DNA of 63,792 bases, counting the filler, from Phoronis australis (taxonomy: Eukaryota > Animalia > Phoronida), in assembly GCA_002633005.1 (NCBI GenBank). It is 8 parts of 8 records of this genome, joined end to end, with 100 filler letters (N's around TTAATTAATTAA, not from the genome) between each part and the next. Parts side by side here need not be neighbours in the genome. Positions count along the whole stretch, not along the records: positions 37,200 to 42,920 come from NMRA01000424.1; positions 43,021 to 51,395 come from NMRA01001902.1; 6 more parts are not named here. One strand, written 5' to 3'. The notes under the pieces are model-generated. The model was not told the DNA's origin. It saw only the letters and a list, made by a program, of their open reading frames with translations, and did not search any database. Position 1 is the first letter of the stretch. Each line of letters begins with the position of its first letter. Shown here piece by piece: positions 38,371 through 50,306 of the stretch. The position numbers and the translations under genes are program-made.

Positions 38371-39049
38371 ATGCTTCATCGAAGATATGTCTAGAAGCAG
38401 AAAGAGTAACTGAAGAAAGTAATCGCCTTTTTAGGTGATAATTTTAGGTGTAGAATGTATCTTTGACGAGGTGAAAACTTAATCAGTGAGTGGATTTCGC
38501 TTACCGCCCGTTTAAAATACTCGGGACGAAATTAGTACAGAACGCGATAGAACGTATCGTGGTGCGAATTCAAATTTCATTTGCCATAACAGCAATGCTT
38601 GTTTGGCATTTTTCGAACTAAACGGCTAAAAACTCGACGAAAATAACAGAATACACTCTGCTACTGTATTGGACAAATGGCCAAACGACAAGCTTCTAGT
38701 GACGTCACAGTTAAATCTCACGTAATCTAGCGTTATTGTTATAAACTCGCAAAAGGACTATTCCCAAGTTTATTTCATTTTTAGGCAGATTTTTTAAATA
38801 CTTCACTCAGACTGCTGGTGAACGTGGGGCATCACATCCTAGATGTATGGTCTTGTGCGTGAGTTTATAAGTTTTCTCTTGCAAAAAGCAGTATTAAATG
38901 TAACGATTTATTACTTGAAAAGAGATAGCAAAGATGACAACAACTGTAGATGCGCGGTGAACTTGTAACATTTCCTAAAAATATTTAAATACGAATATTT
39001 GATATCGTAGTTACAGAGGAATCGGCGCCTGAGTTTCAGACGATATATC

Positions 39050-40099
39050 AGAGAGGTTTCCCAAAGCGACATGAACGTGAATTATCACGCAGATATGATT
39101 GCGCGCGCCGATTCACGTTACGGTAAGAAAAATGGATTAATTTTACAACAGCAATTTTTTTACGTGAACGTGAAAGTAAACGTGAACCGAATACATAGCT
39201 CAGAGTGTGTAGTTATCGCAGCACGTATCCGCTAGATTACAAACTATTTACAAATCATTCTGCGAATGCAACTTCTTTTATTTTCATTCTCGTGACTTCT
39301 AACACAAATCCGTCACATCAATTTAGTCAACTTTTTAGTTAATTTTGCGATGAGATTTAAAACGTTGTGTTCTACAACTACATGTAGTTTCCCCTCCCTT
39401 TCATTCATCTCCATTTCAAAATTTTCCAGTTCCAGTGTTATCTATTGCTCTTGTATTTTCAGCTCTGCGTCATGTTTTTCTTTAAGAATGTTGATGGACA
39501 ATCGGTACATGTTCGTTTTACACAACCTGAATGAGAACATGTTTTTATCGTATTGTGTTGTATTTTACTATATTCTATTCTGCTATAGGTATGCAAGATG
39601 GGAATATACGTTGAATGTGAAAAAAATCATTTCTACAAACTCCTGTGAAAATGGTCAACTCTCATAAGGCGTAACATATTTGCAGTTTAAAATAGATCCA
39701 TGTAAAAAATTAGCAGTGAACACGAAATCATATCTGTAAAAGTCCATTCTAGTTCAATGATATCCAGTGAACTTCGGCAGAATATGGATTTTGGAAAAGG
39801 CCTTCCTTCAGCTAAACTTTAAGAACATTTATAGAGAAAAGAATCGTGTTCATTTTATGCTGAAGCAAAGAAAAAGATTGAGAACCCTATCAAAATAAAA
39901 AATCGTTTCGATGTCTTGCCAAAAAAGAATTAAAAAGGGGCCACAGGTTTCGCGTTTTAAGCGACGTGAATCTCCCTGTATTCGCGTAAAATACGCGAGC
40001 ACTCTCGGGATTACGTCACAACCAAAAATGGCATGTATGACGCGGAATATATATATATGCGTGATAATTCACCTTCACGTCGCTTTGCGAAACCTCTCT
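39050..40099. mobile_element. Harbinger-like non-autonomous element
   Basis: ~40-bp TIR AGAGAGGTTTCCCAAAGCGACATGAACGTGAATTATCACGC; decayed coiled-coil remnant at 39385-39527 (-); related inverted copy from 62325. Confidence 0.65.
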
Positions 40100-40866
40100 A
40101 TTAGTATTTAGCAAATAAAACTGAGACAGAAGTGTCTTATAAGTAACAGTTCTGTACCAGATATTAAGTTTGAGACCCGAATGCATGTTGAGTGTTATTA
40201 ATACTGCTTCAGTTTCATTATTTTAAGTTATTTTGGGAGAGTTTGATGATCGAACCGACTAACGACGTCGAGTCGAAATTGACCTACCTTTTGAACTTAC
40301 CATGTTAGAAGGCCCTGATAAAGTAGTCCCGGGAGTGCAATACGGCATACAGTGTCACATGGCCGTGTTGCACTCGACTTATCCAATGAGTATAGGATAA
40401 ATTGACACCACGATGTTGAGCAAATGTTCAATTGGTCCGAGTTTTAAGGTAAAAATGGCACGATTGTTTAAAAAGTGGAAACGGGAATTCCTTCAAATAC
40501 ATGCATTAGCCAATCAAAAAGTGCAACAGGGTTTCAGCGAAGTTAAATATCAAAACGATCGCCCAGTAACCACTTAAGCAGGGCGTGCAGTGAAGTCATT
40601 GGTGAATAGCCGCAACAGAGGTTAGGAATTTAATCTTCTAGGGTCGGATTTGGAGGGAAATGCACTGCACCAGCTAAGTTATTCGTGTGTGTGCGGAAAA
40701 TAACGGTTATTTCATCGAATGAGCGTCCCAAAGAGGACTAGAAAATAAGATGATTTGCCATTTTTTACAAACGAAAAAAACAAATTTCCGTGATCGCCAA
40801 TAAAATTGTCAGTAACTTCCACTTTTTTGTGACCCTGGATCAACAGTCAGAGACACCCATACTTAC

Positions 40867-41426
40867 AGCTGTCCATTAAATTTAAGACCAGACCAGTCCA
40901 TGTTGTCACCGAACACGATTACGCGGTTTTTGTACGGCAGAGGTGTGCCGTCACGTTTTCGAAGACTGGTTGGGGCTGTTGGAACAATGAATAAATAGTA
41001 GTTCATGTACTGTTCGACAGGGGGCAGATACAGAAGTACCGGACTTTTGCCAGAAGTCTTTTGAACATACGTCGAGAGGACCATCACCGGTTTTGGCTTG
41101 TTACTATTGTCCAAAGATTTAATTACAGTCTCGAATCCTGCGATCCCGGGGGAGTTGAAAACTGAAGTTTCCATCCTATTAATGCCGCCGCCGCCGCCCT
41201 CAATAGTACCTCCGGACTCCGGCGCGACCGCGTACCAGTTGAATTGGCCGACGTGTGCTTTATGACCGAGCTGTCTATACGGGGGTATCATCTCAACCAT
41301 GTGCCCGTAGCCGTTGGAGCTGACTGTGTCGCTAGCATACCACGAGTTGGACAGTATGACAGCTATCGGAAGCGTCGAGTAAATCTTGTAAGACTCCTTC
41401 GACGTGTGTTGTGCGATGTGATAAAC
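40867..41426 (-). CDS. Exon encoding an IgGFc-binding-protein N-terminal-like domain
   Basis: cattag acceptor, GTAAGT donor, 560 nt open: KIYSTLPIAVILSN...GHMVEMIPPYRQLG...KPVMV...PVLLYLPPVEQYMNYYLFIVP...LKFNG. Confidence 0.75.
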
Positions 41427-42523
41427 CTAATGAGATACGCGTAAGTCTTGAACTGGTTAAAAACTATTCAATTTGAATCGATACTTCACATTCCAAGTTA
41501 AAGCTTCCGGAAACCCTACGTAATTTGCTCCCGACTTACACCTGAACCCTACGCATGCGCGCACCCAACCCAAATATAGGGGGCTCGAATTTTCACTATG
41601 TGGACCTTTTACTGAAAAAATTCAACGAGGACTAAAAAAACGGGGCCACTTAGGTTCAGGCCTACGAATTGTGCATCCGCGCCGAATTCCTGTGGACTTT
41701 GTGAACTTTTGTCTCGTTTGCTCGGACTTTTTGTTTCATGGAAGCGGACCTTTTTGCCCAGTTCGCCAAATTGCGGGGAGGGTCAAAGTCCCCCCCCGGG
41801 TGCGCCCATGCTGCGCAATTCCCGCGGCATTTCTGTCGCCCTCTGCCTGTGATGGACAGCAACTGTGCCAGGCTCTGAGACGATTTTTACCGCTCAGTTT
41901 GTAAAGGGGCGGATTGTTTGGAAATTCTTGGTAGTATAAGGTTTTTTGGTTGTTTCGTGTCTAAGAGTCCACCACCGTCATTAAGCAAAATTATGTTTTT
42001 TGCTTGTAACTTCCTCAAAGAAGCATTGCTAGTACATGTACATATACATTATTTCAATGTGCATATCCGCAGGATCAGGCATCATGGGTCAAAGCATATT
42101 GATATTTTCACCCATGTTTATGTGGAGTGAATAATGAAATCTTAGGCCGCCTCTGTTGACTAGGCACGTAATGGGCTCCAATCAGACTCCAGCTGGTGCG
42201 CACTGATCACTTTGCGACCATCTTATAACGCGGGTGAAATAGAGGAACGCCTCCCTGTGCTAATCATACATGTGCACACTCCATCACAGCTCACTTTAGC
42301 ATTACATATATTTCACAAATTCTTCGTTCGCCATCGCGCGTTCCCTTTTCACTTCACTCCACGGAGTACACGAAAAAGAAACGTCTTTGAGTTTGAAGAT
42401 GATTTTTAGAATATTACCGACTTCCCCGCATACAACCACTCAACAATGTCATGCTGTGACGCCGCAGTGTTAGCAATGAGAATGAGCCAATGAGAGACTT
42501 GGCAGTGACGATGGCTCTGACTG

Positions 42524-42610
42524 CTCGCTGGTTCCCTGCGAGCTACTAGGTGGGGCGGTAGCCGCGCCAGCACGCAGACATCACTTAATTTTCATCGGAA
42601 AATTTTTAAA
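42524..42610. mobile_element. One end of the 635-829 MITE family
   Basis: CTCGCTGGTTCCCTGCG...CTAGGTGGGGCGGTAGCCGCGCCAGCACGCAG. Confidence 0.7.
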
Positions 42611-42834
42611 CAGGCAGCGCTTTACGCAAACAAACTGCCATGACTGATGGACTGCAGTGTAAATCACGGTGGTCTGCTGGGCGGACAAATCGGTGTTTAA
42701 GTTTTATGTTCAGGAAACTGTGAATCCTAGAAATTGTGGTTGCGCCTTTTCGGAGTGCATCTTTCTATTGTCGATGACTTTTGTTAACGATACATATAGA
42801 TTATTACATGGCGAAGTCGTTATCCCCCGTTATC

Positions 42835-42920
42835 TAGAGCCCGAGTGGATTTTGGAGAATTATCACCCGAGGGGCGTTAGCCCCGAGGGTGATAATTCTC
42901 CAAAATCCACGAGGGCTCTA
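42835..42920. repeat. 41-bp-arm hairpin with tandem G-A mismatches (probable Crypton-like element core)
   Basis: Arms 42835-42875 and 42880-42920, loop GTTA. Confidence 0.85.
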
Positions 42921-43020
42921 NNNNNNNNNNNNNNNNNNNNNNNNNNNNNNNNNNNNNNNNNNNNTTAATTAATTAANNNNNNNNNNNNNNNNNNNNNNNN
43001 NNNNNNNNNNNNNNNNNNNN

Positions 43021-43079
43021 CCTGCTGCCCCGGCATCAGCCTCACCTAGCTGTGCAAGCAACTGGGTCTGCTCTTCAAT
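43021..43079 (-). CDS. SYNE1: Nesprin-1/MSP300 exon E (cut by spacer)
   Basis: ccttag acceptor, then IEEQTQLLAQLGEADAGAA, completing YFQ|IEE. Confidence 0.8.
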
Positions 43080-43296
43080 CTAAGGAGGTACAAAGACACC
43101 ATTAAGAGGCGAGTCCTCACCAGGATTTTTTGCATTTTACATCATGAACCATTGCTGATACGTTGATAACAAGTGTTTAACTGCCAAAAATTGCTTTATT
43201 TTGGTTTGAAAATGAATGTTTCTAGTGTCCAGAAAGTATGCCTCGTAATGAATTTTAACACTGACTCAGTGGAGCGACAGGGAATGGATGACCTAC

Positions 43297-43389
43297 CTGG
43301 AAGTACAAGATGACCGTCCACATGAGGCCCAGGACAATGGATGGCTTACCATCCACCACATCAGAGGCATTGATGTTGACCAGTTTGAT
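43297..43389 (-). CDS. SYNE1: Nesprin-1/MSP300 CH1 exon D
   Basis: IKLVNINASDVVDGKPSIVLGLMWTVILYFQ; phase 0/0. Confidence 0.9.
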
Positions 43390-43465
43390 CTGCGGAACAA
43401 CCAATAAACACAAAGTCAAAGCAAGGCAATTCTTAAAGTTTAATTTCAAAGAAAAGCACGAGCAA

Positions 43466-44526
43466 CAGGCCTTCATGCAGCGTACGTCCTGGGCGTCCAT
43501 TTGGACGCCCTAGCACTAATATAGACGCCCTGGCAAGGACGCCCAATGTATCATTTGGACGCCCTGTCAATCAGAATTTCTCCAGTTTGGACACCCACAT
43601 TGAAAGATTACTAAGACTCCCAGTTAATCAAAGCGGGAAGTTGGCCCTTTCAACTCGGAAAGAGATATACAAAGTATTTAAAATGTTGCAATATTCAAAC
43701 TANNNNNNNNNNNNNNNNNNNNNNNNNNNNNNNNNNNNNNNNNNNNNNNNNNNNNNNNNNNNNNNNNNNNNNNNNNNNNNNNNNNNNNNNNNNNNNNNNN
43801 NNNNNNNNNNNNNNNNNNNNNNNNNNNNNNNNNNNNNNNNNNNNNNNNNNNNNNNNNNNNNNNNNNNNNNNNNNNNNNNNNNNNNNNNNNNNNNNNNNNN
43901 NNNNNNNNNNNNNNNNNNNNNNNNNNNNNNNNNNNNNNNNNNNNNNNNNNNNNNNNNNNNNNNNNNNNNNNNNNNNNNNNNNNNNNNNNNNNNNNNNNNN
44001 NNNNNNNNNNNNNNNNNNNNNNNNNNNNNNNNNNNNNNNNNNNNNNNNNNNNNNNNNNNNNNNNNNNNNNNNNNNNNNNNNNNNNNNNNNNNNNNNNNNN
44101 NNNNNNNNNNNNNNNNNNNNNNNNNNNNNNNNNNNNNNNNNNNNNNNNNNNNNNNNNNNNNNNNNNNNNNNNNNNNNNNNNNNNNNNNNNNNNNNNNNNN
44201 NNNNNNNNNNNNNNNNNNNNNNNNNNNNNNNNNNNNNNNNNNNNNNNNNNNNNNNNNNNNNNNNNNNNNNNNNNNNNNNNNNNNNNNNNNNNNNNNNNNN
44301 NNNNNNNNNNNNNNNNNNNNNNNNNNNNNNNNNNNNNNNNNNNNNNNNNNNNNNNNNNNNNNNNNNNNNNNNNNNNNNNNNNNNNNNNNNNNNNNNNNNN
44401 NNNNNNNNNNNNNNNNNNNNNNNNNNNNNNNNNNGGGGGGTAATGCGGCGTTGGAATCATGGACGCCCTGGAATATTGGGAACCCATTTTGGACACCCGA
44501 TGTTCGAAATCCTAGATGAAGCCCTG
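43466..44526. mobile_element. hAT non-autonomous element spanning an N gap in a nesprin intron
   Basis: TIR CAGGCCTTCATGCAG / CTAGATGAAGCCCTG; perfect 8-bp TSD ACGAGCAA at 43458-43465 and 44527-44534; GGACGCCC subterminal repeats. Confidence 0.88.
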
Positions 44527-44613
44527 ACGAGCAACGAAAAATCTCACCAGTGCATTTACCAAATCTCTGTTAAAAGACACCTCATTAACCAGGAAAAGAC
44601 ATATAATTATTAC

Positions 44614-44697
44614 CTTTTTACTTTCGAGTAGTTTGAGAGCTGTTGAGACATTGCTAATAAAGTGTAGACGTTTGATATTCCTTCCTTTTTCCATTGG
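44614..44697 (-). CDS. SYNE1: Nesprin-1/MSP300 CH1 exon C
   Basis: PMEKGRNIKRLHFISNVSTALKLLESKK; phase 0/0. Confidence 0.9.
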
Positions 44698-45393
44698 CTG
44701 CAAAGTAAACAGAGTAAAATCAGATTTCAACACAATTTCCATATTTCAGTAGACGATACCATAATTCTAATATTTTTAGGTTTAAATTACCAAAATTAAG
44801 CAAACAATCCATTGAATTTGACATACACTGGCCACAAATCGATCAACCATCATTTTGAAGCAGACATGTTCAAGTTATTGTTTAATCATTCTGAAGGTGG
44901 CACAAAATCTATTCTGTTTTTTATGACACATATATTTACATATTGGAATATATATACATATGGCCATTGGCCCAAAGTATAACAAATACAAGAGAGTAAA
45001 CTGCCAGGTGTGGCACAAACTACACAGTAAATTGTGAAACAAACAAATTTATGTTTGCTGTAACAGATTTCTAGTATGTTTTTGAAAACTGAAAACTACG
45101 GTAACTGAACTAGATGCTTTTCTAATGTGAACGTTAAGTAGCTACATACTATAACTATTAGAGTTAACGCATACAATCAGTTAAGTGCCAACCAAAGAAT
45201 TTCCATAACTCCACTATTGAGTGCTCGCAATCTGCTGACCTCCAACCTTTGACATATGAACTTCTTCCACTGGCTTACGCAGTGTGTGTTAACTCAAACA
45301 GATATGGTGGGTGTAAATGCTATAATGTTATGACCGCCACTTAGGATCAGGACAACTACACATTGTGACCACATCATGATCAAGGCCTCTTAC

Positions 45394-45489
45394 CAGCCGC
45401 TCCCCTGATAACACCTCCAATAACTGGAGAAGTTTGATTCCATCTTTGATGTCCTCGAACAGATCTTCTACTTTCTGAGGAGGCGATCG
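45394..45489 (-). CDS. SYNE1: Nesprin-1/MSP300 CH1 exon B
   Basis: RSPPQKVEDLFEDIKDGIKLLQLLEVLSGERL; phase 0/0. Confidence 0.9.
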
Positions 45490-46906
45490 CTGTAAATGCA
45501 ACACATATAATTGCAACTGCAAAATGCTCTGCACAAGTACAATACTATCAGAGTTAAACCATAGTTTTCCTAAGTCCCACCATTTGTGAAACGAATATAA
45601 TAAAACCACTTTGGTCTGTTTTTTGATAGAGTAGCAGTTTCCAGGCCAACGACAAAAATTTACTCTTTTAGACATTCCTTGTTTAGTTCTTCAGCTCAGT
45701 CCTGTCAGAGATAGATCAAATCCAAATTCTAAGCATTTCAGTTATTTTGCGTTGGTTTTATAATGCTTGACAACTGACACATTGTAATTTATTTTGGTAA
45801 ATAGCCAAATGGCAAAACAGTTATAGTAATTGTTCAGCTTTTACCCACAAAAATAATTATCCAAAAAAAAACAAAACTGTAAATATGGCAACTTTGGCAA
45901 TTATTTTTGGACAAAATAAGAGCGAGTTGTAATATTAGATTAGGTGGGTGGTTTTGAAGAGCAGTCAGAACTGAAACTACCAGTGTCTCAATAGTGTTTT
46001 TACACATCAGAGATATAACTACACAACATGTGATGGGGATGGCACTGCCACAATAATATCTCTCAATACTCTATCTACACAACAATCTGATTGCAGTAGT
46101 CACTATCTTATCATAGTACTGAAGGAGGCAACAATGTTTGCCTACTTGATAGTCAGAATCCAACATGTTTGACCAGAATGTGGGCACTGATTACAGGAAT
46201 GAGGACTTACGCTATCAAAGGAAACTTCACACGTGAGACACGCACTTCACCAGAACATTTGTCATCGAACACTTCGCAATTAATGACAAATAACAACCAC
46301 ACAGAACTATAAAAAATCTAGCAATAGGGCCATCCCAGATTACACTGCGACACTCGAATCTCGCTCTAGTTACCCACAATGCTACAATATCTATCAAACA
46401 CTTTTTAGCCTTGTTTTCGCGTCACTGGAGCTCCATAATATTACGTTCTTTGTTGTTCAGGTATTCTTTATTTATAAGTTTTTCTCAGCTGCATTACTCT
46501 ATTTGTCTTTTCAACGTCTGCCAACGAAGTATTACTGTTGTGATGTGGGTTGCAACTCCGACAGCAGAAAGTTGGAAAAACTTGACAAATAACCGTGGAT
46601 GAGTGACATTAAGCTCTTCGTCTTCTTGACATCAATCAAAGACAAGAAAAAATGGACCCGAGAGGACAAAGCCCCCTTCTTGAAGACAGCTTATCAACTG
46701 TGGTATTTTTTCAACGGTTGAAATCAGGAATATTTCCACAGCCATAAACCTCAATGGTTTTCGACATGGCCCGTGAAAACGTGCCTGACATACCAAAACA
46801 AGGCCAATGAAGAAAACGCGCTTTCTCACCTCCAGGACAAAGGAGAGATCCGTCGCTGTGAAATCGGGGACGGTTTTATTATGACAGAAAAGCAATGTTA
46901 CTATAC

Positions 46907-46968
46907 CTGACTGAGATAAGAGTTAATCCAATTAGTAAAAGTTTTCTTTTGTACCCTCTCTTGCTCAT
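46907..46968 (-). CDS. SYNE1: Nesprin-1/MSP300 CH1 exon A
   Basis: (D)EQERVQKKTFTNWINSYLSQ; ag/gt boundaries, phase 1/0. Confidence 0.9.
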
Positions 46969-49131
46969 CTGAAACAAAAACATTACAAACATTAATAACT
47001 ATAATTCATCACCCGCAATCACATAGCAGAGGTGACACACAACCTCTGACCTTTCCTACAAGTAAGAAAGGTCAGAGGTTACATGTAAGAAAGGTCATAA
47101 ATTGGTTACAAGCATTATTTTTTCTCTAAACATTAACAACTATTCTTGAACATCCACAATCACCTAGGACAGTACACAAATCTACCTCTGACCTTCCATA
47201 CAGTGTAGCTTTGTTTCCATACACAATAATCCCAGAACAAGGTCCTCCCGACAGAGTTAACTTGTTCCACATCAACTGAGAAGCCACACAACAAATTTGC
47301 CTCCACCATCAAAGCAAAAACCATAAAATGAAAGTTGCTCCGTGCGCGGGCCACTGAGCAAGCGCATAATAAATAAAATACTCCAGATGACAATCACCAA
47401 AAAGCACTTTGAACTATTTTAACGTTAAGTTCCACAAAATAATCATAATAAACCTCATGTAGAGCAAGAAGCAATATATTTATGTGAAACATTAATTTAA
47501 TGCAGAACTATAGTTGCGGTTTTGAATTCGTATGTTCCTATAGTCAAAGAGTTGATAAATGAAAGTCTAGATTCTGCACTTTATTTTAGCTATTTTAAAG
47601 AAACGAATGTCAAAGATACCTAAGTACAACAAAAGTATTATGCCATCACATTCATTTTCTCTTCAACAATTTACCACAAAATGAATATGAAAAGCACACT
47701 CCCCAAACAAATTGAAAACACACACTAGCAATTTTCAAAAACCAGTACCATATTTAATCATTCAATCACTTTTTAAGTGGGTGATGCATGTCACAACATC
47801 GTCAGATTGCCAACTGTAATTTGTGAAAAACGTCAATGAAAGTTTTGAGTGGAGAGATCGGATCAAAATTCCCACCTGTTGCCAGTTGTATATTTTCAAT
47901 AAATTTTGAAGAAATGGTCACACATGACACCACTGCAGAAGAAGCTGTTCCAAAGTCTGTTATATATGTTGGTCGCTAACTGGCTAAAATGCTAGTTACC
48001 ATTCTTGGTACGGCAGAAGCAAATAGTGCCAGTTACGTGAACAGTCACAATTAAAAGCCTCTTACTGGCAGTTCGAGTTAACTCGTAACTGCTGACATTT
48101 TTGCTAGTACTTTTGTACCCAGACAGCTTACTTCAAAGACACACTATGTGAAGCGGTAAGAGGCTTTTGTTTATCCTTGCATTAATCAATTTATGATAGA
48201 GAATAAACCTGTTTTGATAACTCATTTCGTTTAAAAGCCACTCAAATAGAGCAGAAACTAATTGCAAGGAAAAAAGACCCATTGCCGCAACCAACGCACT
48301 GGTGTTTTTGCTAGCATTTTAGCCAATAAAAGAGTTGTGTTTTCGCTACGGACTAACTACCCGGTAGTATTAGTTACAGAACGATGAATGATGATACACA
48401 AGATGAGATCTGTAGTAAATTGAAAGCATACTTTAAAACATTGAGTGAAATGCAATCGATTTTGTTATACCACATCTGCCTGCTTTTGGTTTTTCAAGGA
48501 ACTCTCACAACGTTGAAATGCTAACAATTTTCAATATAAAGGTGAACAATTGATTTAGAACTGAATTATTCTCATGAAGAAAATTAGAAAAGAAAATAAT
48601 TCATATTGAATCCTACATATTTTGTGCGACTCAACAGTATATAGAGAGCATGTGTCCCGAGGACGGAGACATGCTTGAAACAGTTCACAGCACGCACAAT
48701 ATCTTTGAAAGAAGAGCTTCAATTGTGAAAGGTTTATAAGAGATTAAAACTTTCAAGTTCAATTCTTACAAGACGATGAACATGAGAGGAGTAATTAAAA
48801 AACACTGGTTCTACAATGCTAGAAAGCAAAGCCCGTGAACTCAATATGCAAACATTGGTAGCACTGAGAAAAAACAACTTCCAAAGATTGCTTTAACCCA
48901 GTCAAAACCTTCACAAAACAATCTGGTGTCTGCTTACTGTTGGCCTTATTTCTGTCAGTATCCAATTACCCAGTAAGTTTTTCCACCGATTCAACACCGG
49001 AAAAAAAATGAAATGTAATTTTCTACAGATTTTACTCTTGACCGTTTTCAGCCAATGAGAATGTAAGCATACTCGTCACGTGATATCTGGGTGGGTAATA
49101 CTCTGTCAGCTTTGACTTACAACAACACCAG

Positions 49132-50306
49132 CAGCCGATTTCATAAAGGTGGTTTAAAGTTAAACCAGGTTTAAACTGGACTTAGACCAGGTTTAATGAT
49201 AATCTGCATTTCATAAAGGTGGTTTAACTTTTAGACCAGTGGTCTTGTAAAACCTGGTTTAACTCCAGTTTAGACCTGGTCTAAGTCAGTTTTCATTTCA
49301 CCAACGAGGTCTATATTCTTTAGACCTGTATTAAGATCTTAAACCATGTTTAACTTTAGACTTGGTCAGACCCAGGTTTAACTGTTGAATATGTCAGACT
49401 TTCATGGTATAGGTACAACTGAACGATGTCGCGGTGTGCAATTACGACGCAGTTTTAGAGCGAAAATGGACTATTTTCATTATTTAGGTTTACTACGACA
49501 CCAGATCAAACGTAACAGGGGCGGATCCAGGATTTTTTAAAGGGGAGGGGACGGTCAAGGACTTTTTGAAAGGGGGACCAAGTCAACAATTTGAAAATTA
49601 TAGATTTCATATCATTAAAATCAAGGAAAAAAGGGGGATCCGGACCCCTTGACCCCCCTGGATCCGCCTATGCGTAGACCAGTACGTGCTGGAGTGTGTC
49701 CTGCGGATTCCTCAGAATACGACTGGTCGAGCAGGGCGTCATCGTCGCAAGCCCTACGGATTTGACTTAAGACAGCATACTCTGATTCTTCTGACTGAGT
49801 TCCACCTACACTGTTCTCCGATTCAATGTTGCCGGGAAGTGGTCTTTCCCCCACCCCTTTGGTCGCGAAAAATAAAAACTAAAATGACACGGAAATAAAT
49901 TTGGGCATTTATCATGTTACATCTAATCATGAGCATGTCCTTTAATGTGTGTGTGTTGGGCACACAAATTACATTTTTCCTCATGAGAAAAGCTTTTAGA
50001 CCTTTGTCGTAAATGTCTGCACTGATTCTACCGGTGTATGCCATTCTATACCCACGTGATCAGGGTTTCATTGAAGCACTTCAATAGTTTCTTTGTTGGG
50101 TTTACTCACCTCGACACAGTGGGGTGCCTTTGATACTTTAAACCTGGTTCTACTGAGCCAGCTCCCTGGTCTAGCAAAACCAGGCTTTCAGACTCTTAAA
50201 CCATGTTGGTGAAATGCAAGTTAGGTCTAAAATTAGACCAGGTTTAGGAAGACCAGGTTTAAGTCTTAAACCTGGTTTCGTTAAACCACCTTTATGAAAT
50301 CGGCTG
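49132..50306. mobile_element. Harbinger deletion derivative with nested MITE (49516-49671)
   Basis: TIR CAGCCGATTTCATAAAGGTGGTTTAA; CAG TSD at 49129-49131 and 50307-50309; arrays of ACCAGGT/ACCTGGT palindromes at both ends. Confidence 0.88.

Noticed and set aside
43587-44519. 310-aa and 272-aa ORFs in the track
   Set aside because: Made almost entirely of N-gap codons.
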